Source: Macrostomum hystrix (taxonomy: Eukaryota > Animalia > Platyhelminthes). From it: a stretch of 64,000 nt of DNA. The notes under the pieces are model-generated. The model had not been told where the DNA came from. It saw nothing but the letters and a program-made list of their open reading frames with translations, and searched no databases. Both the position numbers and the translations under genes were made by a program. Numbering within the stretch: position 1 is the first letter of the stretch; each line of letters begins with the position of its first letter. The stretch spans positions 2,170,001 through 2,234,000 of the forward strand of contig CATNEN010000005.1 of NCBI GenBank assembly GCA_950097015.1, given 5' to 3'. This document shows positions 25,101 through 35,349 of the stretch, piece after piece.

Positions 25101-28100
25101 ACCATCCTTATGAAACCATCGCCATCCACCACACCAACCATCCTTATGAAACCATCGCCATCCACCACACCAACCATCCTTATGAAACCATCGCCATCCA
25201 CCACACCAACCATCCTTATGAGACCATCGCCATCCACCATACCAACCATCCTTATGAGACCATCGCCATCCACCACACCAACCATCCTTATGAGACCATC
25301 GCCATCCACCACACCAACCATCCTTATGAAACCATCGCCATCCACCACACCAACCATCCTTATGAGACCATCGCCATCCACCACACCAACCATCCTTATG
25401 AGACCATCGCCATCCACCACACCAACCATCCTTATGAGACCATCGCCATCCACCACACCAACCATCCTTATGAGACCATCGCCATCCACCACACCAACCA
25501 TCCTTATGAAACCATCGCCATCCACCACACCAACCATCCTTATGAGACCATCGCCATCCACCACACCAACCATCCTTATGAAACCATCGCCATCCACCAC
25601 ACCAACCATCCTTATGAGACCATCGCCATCCACCACACCATTCCATTCCATTTCAGGCTTTCACCCTCGTAGAGGGTATGCCTCACCCCATGTCGCTCAT
25701 GGATCTTCGTTGTCGCACTTCTTGCGGTGTCTCGCCATGTTGGTTGCCGCCAGAACTCGCTTGCATCCTGGGCACTCTTTCCACTTTTGTTTGTAGACCC
25801 TCGCTGTTCCGGTGATGTTTCGTTCTGTCGTTTCGGCGCTCTTGCAGCTTCGCCTGTGTCTGGCGAGGTTCTTCCGATGCACTTTTGCTCCGCACTTTCC
25901 ACAAGTTCTCATTTCTCCTTCGCTGCTGTCCACTCCATTGCATGCTTTTCTGTGATTGTTGAGGGTATTCTCACTCTTGAAGATTGAATTGCATCTCTCG
26001 CATCTGAAAACGACCACTTGTTCCCGGTGCATTCTCTTCGCATGGATTGCTAGCCCGCCGCGGGATTTGCAGATTTTTCCGCAGCCTGGCCATTCGCATA
26101 CGTTTTCTTTCTTTGTCATCATAGCATTTCTTTGAAACGTAGTTTCCTTGTTGTGCTTGTTGCCTTTCCTTCTTTCGAACTCCTCCAGGTGTTGCATTCT
26201 TCTGGTGATGGTTTCTTTCCACTTCTTTCTGTCTTTCGTTTCCGTTGTTATTCGAGTCCAGTCGATGGCAGCCTCGCTGAGCAGTTTCTTCCAATAAAAC
26301 AGAGTCTTCTTTTTCTTGCCTCTGCTCTTCCTCGTTCTCTCCAGGTCTTTAAGCCACCCTAGCGCTGCTACTTTTGTCATTCTGTTGTTGTCCATTCTCA
26401 TCACATGGCCGATTCTTTCCAAGGTTCTCTTTTCGATTTTCCATCGGATGGATCTAACCCCCAGCTCGTTGCGTACGTCCTGCATGTTCTTGCCTTCTTT
26501 TTCCATTTGCTTCAGAGGAGGTTCGTGTCTGTTACTCCAGATGGATCGGTAGCACTTGTCGATCCAGCTTTGTAGCTCGCGTATTTCCTTGACAGCCCAT
26601 GGTCTTGTGTTGCAATCGAACAGTAAACCGCTCTCTACGCAAGCTTCCACGATCTTTGCTTGTTTTTTCTTTCCGATGCGACTCTTATATAGCTGAGGTC
26701 TGACTCTTCCCCAGAGGCCGCCTGCTCGGCGTTTGCGGTTTCTTGTGTCGTGTTTCGTTCCGATCCAGCATCCTAGGAAACGGGTTGCTTCTTGATCTGT
26801 TCTTCCAAAGACTACTCTTTCCTCTTTGTCGTCGTTACTGTGTTCTTCGAAATTGTTCATGATGGATTTCACCGTCAAGACGCCTCTCTGAATCTCTTTT
26901 GTCTGGCCTATGATCGTGGTGTCGTCGGCAAAGAGTAACGATGTGGTGGTTACTTCGGCCAGTTCGCTGTTGTTGGCGTTTCTGGATTTGTCGCCTGGCA
27001 GGCCACCATCCGGGATCCATTGCCATTTGATGCCTTCCACTTGTTGGTGTTCCTGGGCTGCAGTTTTCCTTGCTTCTTCAGCCTGTTGCATCACTACTTG
27101 GTGGTAGATGTTGAACAGCACCGGGGAGGTCGGGCACCCCTCCCGTAGTCCTCGTTCCGGGTACCAGCTCTGGCTATCTCCCTCCTTCCCGCGTATGCAG
27201 TAGCTCGTCGTCTCATGCAAGTTGATGGTTGTTTGCAGGAAATTGCCTTTGAGTCCTAGGCGGTCGAGCATCCTCCATAGCGCAGGTTTGTTCACGCGTG
27301 GATAAGCTTTCTTTAGACCTAGGAGTCTGGCTTCTGGGTCCGAGTCCATTTCGGTTTGGAGTCCCATAAGGTCCCTCCGCTTTCGTAGGTCTTCCATGTC
27401 TTCTTGTATTCGAACCATAATCTGGGTTGCATCGGCTGTGGACCTACTCTGTCGGAAGCCGTTTTGGTTCTCACTGATTATGTTCAGTCTCTCCGTCCAT
27501 GTTTGTAAGTGTTTCGCGAGCACTCTTGCCAGGATGCGGCTGCCCATCGCTAGTAGGCATACTCCTCTGTAATTGTTTGGGTTGTTCCTGTCACCCTTTT
27601 TGTGAAGAGGAATGATTTGTCCTGTCTTGAGAGTTTCGTCCCATTTGGCTGCGTTGCTCTCAAACATTTGTTGTACCATGCCGATTATCTCTTTCTTGAT
27701 GTTCTCGTCTGCTTCGTTGATGTAACACATCCTGACTCCATCCTTCCCTGGTGCTGATTCCTTCACTTCTCTCATCGCTTGGCGAATTTCCTCCTCGGCT
27801 GGTCGTCTGTTCATGTCTATGTTTGCCTGAATTGCTTCCTTGTCTTGTCTTAGGTCTTGCATTCTATCCACTTCTCTGAAGATTTCCTCACGTTGTAATT
27901 CGAAACGTTCTTGGGAGACTTTCTCGAAATGTTCCTTGAACTCGTTGGTTGTGATCGTTGATCCTGTGTTGGGTTTGCTCGTTCTCTGTCCGAGTTTCCT
28001 CAACGCTTGGTGCATCCGGCGGAGGTCCCCTCGGTTGCTCGCTTCGACGCTCTCTTCTATGATTTCTTCCCACCAATTTTCTTCGAGTTCTTTAAGTTTT

Positions 28101-31100
28101 CTTTTCATGCTTTTCCGTGCTTCTCGCAGGTTCACTGAGGCGACTTGCAGTTCCCTTCTCAGGTTCCGTTTTGATCTCTCAGATTCTGTTTCGTTCAAGA
28201 CTGTTAATATTCTGTTCCTTTCTTGGACTCTTGTGTTGATTGTGTCATGTAGATGTTTCAGCTCAGTCTCGTGTCCGATTGTCCATGGGTTGGCGACCGT
28301 CTTCTTTCTCGTGCCGCAGATTTCTCTTGCTGAATCGGTGAGTATCTTCGATACTTCTTCCCATTTCCCGAGCTTCTCGTTGTCGTCGCTTCTGTTTTTG
28401 TTTGTTTCAAGAATTTTTGTGAGTTTTTCTTTGGTTTTGGTGCGGAAACTCCGCTTGTTTTCCTCATTCCTTAGGTTCTCCCAGTTGATTTGGGGTAGCC
28501 GGGTGCATTCTCTTTTTCGCCATTTCTTCTTCCTTCCTCTCAGATTGATCGAGACCGGTTTATGGTCTGACAGTGCCATTTCTTCCGTTGTGTAGATTTT
28601 CTCAACCTGTCTGTGTCTGTCTCTTTTCCTGAGGATGAAACCGTCCAGTTCATACCATCTGCCTGTGCTCTTGTTGAACCATGTACCTCTCCTTTTGTGT
28701 GGTGAAAAGGTATTGGCTAGCTGCAAATCTTGCGTGGTGCACCACTCGATGATGTCATCTCCCGCTCTGTTGGTCTGTGTTTCGAGGCCGTATTTCCCTG
28801 TTGCCTCGGTGACAGTCTCCCTGCCTACATGGGCGTTATGGTCTCCGCCTATGATGAGGATGTGGTCTTTCGGACAACGGGAGATTTCTCTCTCTAGTTC
28901 TTGTCGGTACTCCTCTCTCGTCTCTGGGCCGTAGTCCCACAGCGGTTGGTAGGTGGCGATTAGGTGGTAGTTAGCAACCTTGACAGCTGTGACTCTTTCT
29001 CCTAGCGACTTTTGCTGTTTCTCTTCGATCCATTTCTGCAGTGTTTTCCCTCTTAGCAATATTCCTGATCTCTTAGAGTGCACTAGGACAATCTGGTCAT
29101 CGTTTTCTTCGTCCTCGAGCCAGATGGTGCCGGCTTCCTCCGCTCTGATTTCCGAGATAAGAACTATTTCCCATCCTTTGCTTTGGATGTACTTGATGGT
29201 CCTTCTCAGTCTCGCTCTGTTGTTTTCTCTGACCGATATGCCTTGTAGATTCCAAGTTGTTACTACGAAAACGTTTTTCTTTTCTGTTTCCTGCTCATTC
29301 TTCGTTCGTCCTTTTTCTTTGTTTTTCTCTCTTTTTCTTTCTTTACTTTTTTTGTGCGTTTCGTTTTTTTCTCTTCTCCTTTTTGTTCTCTGATCTCTGT
29401 TCTTTTCTCTCTTTTTGTTCTTCCGTTCTATTCTTGCTTTCTTCTGCTCTGGTGTTCTCTTCTTCCGTTTGGATCTCCTCTTCTTGCTCTTCCCACTTTC
29501 CGCGCCTTGTTCCGTGCTGGCTGCAGCTGGCCCGGGATTCGGGTGGATGGTCTCAAGCTGCTTCTTTACTATTTCCACTTTGTGCCTTCGGGTCGTGTTC
29601 TTCTCGATCTTCTTCTCGTTGCGACTTCCTTCGATCCTTGGCGGGCTCATGGGGGCCCTCGCCTGGTGGTTGTTTTCAGAGGTGCTCAGGTTGGCTAGGC
29701 CGTTGCAGCTCTGTTGTCCGGGAGGAGGTGGCGGGTGCGAGTCAGACGAGTCGCACCCCACTCCTATTCCCCCGGCCGTGTGGAGAGATTTTGCCGCACT
29801 GTCGCGCTGTCGCGTGGCGTGCGTTTCCCGCTTGCACCGCTTGGAGGTGCCCTCCATTTTCTGCAAGCAGAAAGTGGAGGGCACCACCACACCAACCATC
29901 CTTATGAAACCATCGCCATCCACCACACCAACCATCCTTATGAAACCATCGCCATCCACCACACCAACCATCCTTATGAAACCATCGCCATCCACCACAC
30001 CAACCATCCTTATGAAACCATCGCCATCCACCACACCAACCATCCTTATGAAACCATCGCCATCCACCACACCAACCATCCTTATGAAACCATCGCCATC
30101 CACCACACCAACCATCCTTATGAAACCATCGCCATCCACCACACCAACCATCCTTATGAAACCATCGCCATCCACCACACCAACCATCCTTATGAAACCA
30201 TCGCCATCCACCACACCTACCATCCTTATGAAAACATCGCCATCCACCACACCTACCATCCTTATGAAAACATCACAATCCACCACACCAACCATCCTTA
30301 TGAGACCATCGCCATCCACCACACCAACCATCCTTATGATTTATGAAACCATCGCCATCCACCACACCAACCATCCTTATGAAACCATCGCCATCCACCG
30401 CACCAACCATCCTTATGAAACCATCGCCATCCACCGCACCAACCATCCTTATGATACCATCGCCATCCACCGCACCAACCATCCTTATGAAACCATCGCC
30501 ATCCACCGCACCAACTACAACCAGCCACTAATTCTTAAGAAACAATTTATCCCTAAAAAACCACTAAGCCTTTAGTCTTGATTGGTAATTAACAAGGCAA
30601 CACAAACCCGAACTAAAACAAATTCGTCACACCTGATAGAGTGCCGGCGGCAGGCCCAGGTTTTCAACTAGCCTGGTTTGAACCACCTGGCATGGTTTGC
30701 CATTAGTCGCATTGCATCGGGCCGCTCGCATCTGTTGCATAGCTCTCTCCCGTTCCGCGTACTGATACATCAGGCGATACAGATCCCAGTCCTGATAGTC
30801 TAACACCATGAAACAATCCGCTCCGATCTCTAGAACTTCGCGCAAACTAGAAACATTTATTTTATATTCGCTGTTTTTAGATTTGAGAACAAAAAGGAAG
30901 GATAGAGATACAATTTGCAAGAAAGTAAACAACTTACTTTACAATGTTGGAGTGGCTAGTCCTCTTCAGCTCCAGTAGGATGGCAATCTCCTTTAGGCCA
31001 GGCAGGACAGCACCATTAAACTCCCGGTCGGTTCTACAAAGCATTTAAAATTAAGCAATTGACTATTGCAATTTTATTTCACAGCAGCATATTGCTTATA

Positions 31101-31292
31101 GACGAGCATAAAGTTGTTAACTCAATGAAAAAAATAATTGTTTTACCTTTCAGCTTTAAACTTCTTTATAGCAACTGGTTCTTTTAGGAGATTATCCCAG
31201 GTCTTATAAACAACTCCATAGGTTCCAGAACCTATTTTGTTCATGATGGTGTAGCGGCCACGAGTAGCCACTAATATGGGCAATAGGTCCTC
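22175..31292 (-). CDS. Divergent cyclin-dependent-kinase-family Ser/Thr kinase; start exon unresolved
   Basis: Exons 31292-31147, 31033-30938, 30846-30633, 24923-24651, 24575-24506, 24413-24286, 22288-22175 (346 aa + stop); all GT-AG and phase-compatible. Motifs IGSGTYGVVYK, VAIKK, LKEIAIL, HRDIKPAN, LADFG, VVTLPYRSPELL, VDNWSVGC, GDCEIHQLF, GTP-x4-WPGV, DPAKR. A tentative 5' extension via micro-exons 31782-31760 and 31352-31331 (MEEQTAASCLFLAEK) is in frame but unverified. Confidence 0.92.
22458..24238. repeat. Minisatellite, 28-bp unit CCAGGATAAAACCTGACCAATTCCACTA, filling the last intron of the CDK-like gene
   Basis: Visible tandem repeats with block duplications. Confidence 0.98.
25090..25640. 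repeat. 36-bp minisatellite (CCACCACACCAACCATCCTTATGAAACCATCGCCAT), left arm, 15 units plus 11 bp
   Basis: Visible; flanks the 3' end of the retrotransposon. Confidence 0.98.
25641..29883 (-). mobile_element. RTE-like non-LTR retrotransposon, 4243 bp, with minimal TSD CCACCACACCA and a (TGGAA)n tail
   Basis: Single long ORF with APE and RT domains. Minus-strand 3' end ...GCCTGAAATGGAATGGAATGG. TSD copies at 25630-25640 and 29884-29894. 3'UTR stem-loop ACCCTC-GTA-GAGGGT at 25663-25677. Confidence 0.95.
25697..29857 (-). CDS. Retrotransposon ORF, 1386 aa from ATG 29857: Lys/Arg-rich N-terminus, apurinic endonuclease, reverse transcriptase, four C-terminal zinc fingers
   Basis: APE motifs TWNLQG, LISEIR, GGDHNAHVG, TWF, YELDGF, SDHKPV. 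RT motifs YRGVCLL, QNGFRQSRSTADA, GLREGCPTSPVLFNIY, LLFADD, FLGC, with the RTE-type insert before FADD. The first 158 codons of the tracked ORF (30331-29858) are minisatellite/junction read-through. Confidence 0.95.
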   Translation of the reverse strand: MEGTSKRCKRETHATRQRDSAAKSLHTAGGIGVGCDSSDSHPPPPPGQQSCNGLANLSTSENNHQARAPMSPPRIEGSRNEKKIEKNTTRRHKVEIVKKQLETIHPNPGPAAASTEQGAESGKSKKRRSKRKKRTPEQKKARIERKNKKREKNRDQRTKRRREKNETHKKSKERKREKNKEKGRTKNEQETEKKNVFVVTTWNLQGISVRENNRARLRRTIKYIQSKGWEIVLISEIRAEEAGTIWLEDEENDDQIVLVHSKRSGILLRGKTLQKWIEEKQQKSLGERVTAVKVANYHLIATYQPLWDYGPETREEYRQELEREISRCPKDHILIIGGDHNAHVGRETVTEATGKYGLETQTNRAGDDIIEWCTTQDLQLANTFSPHKRRGTWFNKSTGRWYELDGFILRKRDRHRQVEKIYTTEEMALSDHKPVSINLRGRKKKWRKRECTRLPQINWENLRNEENKRSFRTKTKEKLTKILETNKNRSDDNEKLGKWEEVSKILTDSAREICGTRKKTVANPWTIGHETELKHLHDTINTRVQERNRILTVLNETESERSKRNLRRELQVASVNLREARKSMKRKLKELEENWWEEIIEESVEASNRGDLRRMHQALRKLGQRTSKPNTGSTITTNEFKEHFEKVSQERFELQREEIFREVDRMQDLRQDKEAIQANIDMNRRPAEEEIRQAMREVKESAPGKDGVRMCYINEADENIKKEIIGMVQQMFESNAAKWDETLKTGQIIPLHKKGDRNNPNNYRGVCLLAMGSRILARVLAKHLQTWTERLNIISENQNGFRQSRSTADATQIMVRIQEDMEDLRKRRDLMGLQTEMDSDPEARLLGLKKAYPRVNKPALWRMLDRLGLKGNFLQTTINLHETTSYCIRGKEGDSQSWYPERGLREGCPTSPVLFNIYHQVVMQQAEEARKTAAQEHQQVEGIKWQWIPDGGLPGDKSRNANNSELAEVTTTSLLFADDTTIIGQTKEIQRGVLTVKSIMNNFEEHSNDDKEERVVFGRTDQEATRFLGCWIGTKHDTRNRKRRAGGLWGRVRPQLYKSRIGKKKQAKIVEACVESGLLFDCNTRPWAVKEIRELQSWIDKCYRSIWSNRHEPPLKQMEKEGKNMQDVRNELGVRSIRWKIEKRTLERIGHVMRMDNNRMTKVAALGWLKDLERTRKSRGKKKKTLFYWKKLLSEAAIDWTRITTETKDRKKWKETITRRMQHLEEFERRKGNKHNKETTFQRNAMMTKKENVCEWPGCGKICKSRGGLAIHAKRMHREQVVVFRCERCNSIFKSENTLNNHRKACNGVDSSEGEMRTCGKCGAKVHRKNLARHRRSCKSAETTERNITGTARVYKQKWKECPGCKRVLAATNMARHRKKCDNEDP
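29884..30514. repeat. 36-bp minisatellite, right arm (about 17 units, more diverged distally)
   Basis: Same unit and orientation as the left arm. Confidence 0.98.
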
Positions 31293-33181
31293 CTGCAATG
31301 CAACAACATTTAACTAAATTCTTTCTTTACTTTTTCAGCTAAGAATAAGCAACTTGGCAAACAAGAGGAATAAAAATGTCATCATCTGAAAGTGTAAGTT
31401 ATTAAATACAAAAATATTAATTAAGATGTAGTTAAATTCCCAAAAATTAAAAACAAATTTCCATACACAAATATTAAGCAAATTAAATTTTTGAAATGTT
31501 ACTGGCAAAATTTCATGCAACAGTATTAACCTTTTACACCACAAGTAAAATTTGTAACAGTTTTAAATATCATAAAAAAGATATTAGTGTCAATAAACTG
31601 ATTATAAGTAGTTTATATATTTTTTTGTATTATTTAGTTTGTCCTATTATTTTAATTATTCAGTTATACAATTTAATAATTACTTCTTCTTTGCCCACTT
31701 CCTTAAGTTTGATGAAAATGTTTTATGTAATAACTTTTCATAAGTCTGTTAATCCATACCTTGCAGCAGTTTGTTCTTCCATTTAAAACATAGTCCTAGT
31801 CTAAATGTGCCATTTAATATGATTGTTTGTATATGTATTTGATTCACTTAAATATATGAATGCAAATATATAAACACTAAGATAATTCTTTTTAGGCCAC
31901 CACAACAGTTATTATTTGCTGTTGCCTGCATATAACAGCTACAACTGATTGACTTAAAGTTTTTTTGTAAACTAGGAAATTTCTGAGTTAGGCCTACTTT
32001 TGTAATTTAGAAATCTTGAGTGAAATATGTCTACATGTGAAATATAAAAATGAAAGTCCATTTATTAAATATGCCTACATGCTTATCTTGACTTGAACTT
32101 GGTATATACACATAGAAAATATATAAGCGTATAAAACGTATAAAAACGTATAGAAAAACTGTCTTTAACATGCTTCATTTTCTTGTTGCTCAAAGCGAAC
32201 GGAATGGAAAAATAGCAATAAAAAGGTTTGACAGAGAGCATATCTGATAAATGTCCAGTTATTTGTCTTTTTCATATGTAATAGAATACAATATTTTTGA
32301 AAATTTGTCGCAGACATCGCATTTTTTCCCAATCGGTAAAAACATATATAGAACAGAAAGCAAGCTTTTGTAAAATGTCCGCCGCGGGTGGAGCATGCAA
32401 AGATTTTCGAAAACGTGCGATTATTATGACAAGTTATTTATTAAAACAAGTTTTTTTTAATCTTCTGATTGTAAACTTTTTATTATAAAATTAGGTAAGA
32501 TTTAAGTATTATATCGTAACATCTATTAAGGGCTCACTAATTGATTTAGAATAATCAAGTAAATTATGTGTGTGATAGGTGCGTTATAGTATAGGTGTAA
32601 TTTGCTTAGTTTTGCTTTGGAAGTGTTTTGTTATGGTAAGTAGTTAAACTGTGATCAATTTAGATAATTGCTTAATTAATGATCGTTCAATGAATCCTAA
32701 TAGAAAAAAGTTATCAAATGGAACGGGGAAAACCAGACGCTAAAATTAGCACCCGCACAAAGGACTGCTAATTCAGTAGACACCTTTAGCGAACGAAACT
32801 CTTTTGTGGTCCTGTGCCGCCGGCGCTGATGCATTAAATATAAGATTAACGGTGGTCCAGGTCAAGGTTGACTTATTCAAACTACCCGCACGAGTCTTAC
32901 CCACTGGTATTGGTACATTTTATTGCATATTGTAAATGCATGTTCGTACGAGTACATATTAACTATAATAAGCACATTGAAGTCAAGTACATTTTAGTCT
33001 TCTTCGTGTTATCAGGTGTTATGAGGTGGGGTGGAGAGTGTGCGTAAACTGAGGGAAGGCACTTATGATTGTATTAAAAATGTTTGTTTTAAGTGGTTTA
33101 TAAAAAACGAATTGGGGTTAGTCAGCATCCACACTTCAAGGTCCTACAACAAGCCAGGGGTTGAGATAACTTATTGATTTT

Positions 33182-34310
33182 CTAGTAAAGGAGCATTTCG
33201 AACTCCTTCATTGAATAGTAATATCCGAATGGTCGATCCCAGTTGATGCCCACTGCGTAACCGCTGGTTGACAACGCCGATGGCAGAGTGAAGTACAGTC
33301 CGTTCGGGTTCGTCAGATGGCAGCTGCGGTACCACCAGGACCCGCGGTAGTTAGCACTGCAGCTGCTATCATATAAGATATCATTGTCTGAGTCTGGCGT
33401 GCTGAACATCATTCCGTTGCACCAGACCATGCAGTCTCCGATGTTCGGGGCACTTCCGCGAAATCCGGAGACGCTCAGACGGAACATGTCAGCTTCACTG
33501 GAGACTGTGAATATTGAATAGTCAGCCCAGTACTCTGTGTCATTCCACAGCCTCATTCGCATGCGAAGCGCTTTGCTTGATGGCCAGGTGAGAGTGTGCA
33601 AAAACCGTAGACCTGCAGTTTAGAAAATGAAGCGCGGTTCTCTAGGCTGATCATGATCAGGCACTTCTGACGTGGTATTTCTCACCCATCCAGTGGTTGG
33701 TGTGGGGTCCTTCTCCGAAGCCAGCTGCGTACTCGCTCCAGTTGCGATAGAAGTCCGTGGAGTTGTCCACCCGACGTTGGACGCTGATCCAGCAGTCGCT
33801 GAGTGACGTCACGAACACCTGCATGGTTGCAGCAAAATTCAGGAGTCTTAGACCATGCAAATCATCGACACAGCAACCACTGGACGGCAAGTCTAGTCAA
33901 TCATTAACGTTTCAACTCACCCGGATGCAGCACGGAGACTGCGGAGTTCGTGTCGTCAGTCTGCGACACGGAGTGCCGCTTCGGTTTGCTGGAAATATTT
34001 AAAAGTGCATACATGAGATACGTATACGCCTTTTAAAAGTACATTAAAAGCAGCACTCACCCAGGATGCACTGCGGCTGCTGAGTGGCGGCTCCTCCGAT
34101 GAAGACCAGCAGCTGGTCAGTGAGCAGGTGCTTGGCAGCGAGTGCAGCGCACTCCAGCACATCGCTGGCTTGGCTGACGAAGGAGAGAGCGAACTGGCGG
34201 ACTCGACCGTCACCCGACCAGCTGCTGCTGTGCACCTCGTGTAGAGTTGAGTCCTTAGCGAGTACTACTGACACAAGCAGGACTAGTAGCTGTGCTTCCT
34301 GCCACTGCAT
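33182..34310 (-). CDS. Secreted fibrinogen-related domain protein (FReD, ficolin/angiopoietin-like), paralog A
   Basis: Signal peptide [18 protein letters not shown]. Simplest in-frame exons 34310-34061, 33892-33686, 33612-33182 (middle splicing uncertain). FReD motifs [34 protein letters not shown]-x-D-x-DND, C-x5-GSWWY-x2-C-x3-NPNG. Confidence 0.9.
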
Positions 34311-34975
34311 AATTGGCATGTACGCTCGTAAAATAATCGGCCAGCTTAGGGGAATGAAACCGCTAAAACTTACGAATAAATTTATACTCTGAAAAAACAC
34401 CCAATAGAGCGTATTATATGTCAACAGCATTGAGTACTAGGTGGTTCAGTTTTATGCTATTCCACTGCAGACACAGATGACTGACGGTCGGTTGCCAAAA
34501 AATGTGATGTTTTCGCGGATAATTTTTATTTAAACAAAATCATCAGAGCGGGAATTTTAGATTAACTTTTTTTGTTCATTGAAGAAGAAAATTTATTTTA
34601 CATTGTTAGCTTTTCTAATTTTTTATTGCATTTTGGATCTTCTGTTGAGTATATAGCTGCTATGTAAATTTACTAGAAACTGAAATAATAAGCCCCTTTA
34701 AGAAGATTAAAAGAAGCTTAGCAAGCAAAAGCTTAACAACATAGAATTAAGTAAAATAAACATGTTTTAACCCGCTAATGCTCCTATTAAAACCAATTAG
34801 ACGAACTTTCTAGTAGGTGCCAACCAATCTTACTAATTAGTGTATGAGCCCAACCAGTATAAAGACCGTTTTATCAGCTACTTCCTGTGAGGCTATCATT
34901 AATACCCCAAATGCAACTATGAGATCTTCACATATTTTTGCAATGAAATATCTACCGCATCCGCATGCCTACTAT

Positions 34976-35032
34976 ACAGCATGCCACCATCTCTACAGCA
35001 TGCCACCATCTCTACAGCATGCCACCATCTCT
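34976..35032. repeat. 19-bp repeat CAGCATGCCACCATCTCTA x3
   Basis: Visible. Confidence 0.85.
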
Positions 35033-35349
35033 TCATGCATCCTAGACTATCTGTTCATTAAATAAATAGGTTAATTTTACACCTCATAGACACATTTATG
35101 AACTTATGAACCTATTCATTCACAAAACACTTTTTTATATTGTGCTTATTTAAAATAAGCCTGTGAATATAGTTTTTCGTTATTCTGTACAATAAATATC
35201 ATAGAAGAGAAAAATGTCTGGTAATTTTTTTATAAGAATGATCAGGTAAGAAAAATAATACAAATAAAACGCAGAGAAAACCTTAAAAAATTCAGTTTCA
35301 GTAGAGAATACTTTTAGAGATCAAAATAATCTCAAAGAGAGGATCTATG

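Noticed and set aside
24980-25796. HHTNHPYETIAI / PSPSTTPTILM / GWCGGWRW repeat ORFs
   Set aside because: All frames of the stop-poor 36-bp minisatellite.
29858-30331. 158-aa MVGVVDGDGFIR N-terminal extension of the retrotransposon ORF
   Set aside because: Read-through into the flanking minisatellite beyond the TSD; not part of the element.
27840-30575. Plus-strand ORFs (251, 216, 386 aa and others)
   Set aside because: Antisense shadows of the purine-rich retrotransposon ORF and repeats.
31331-31385. 55-nt exon candidate upstream of the kinase exon
   Set aside because: In the required frame it begins with TGA TGA; only the internal 22-nt version is open, and that is noted as tentative.
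32297-32488. Plus-strand ORF containing MSAAGGACKDFRK
   Set aside because: Short, no homology recognised; more likely a CpG-rich promoter region of the kinase gene.
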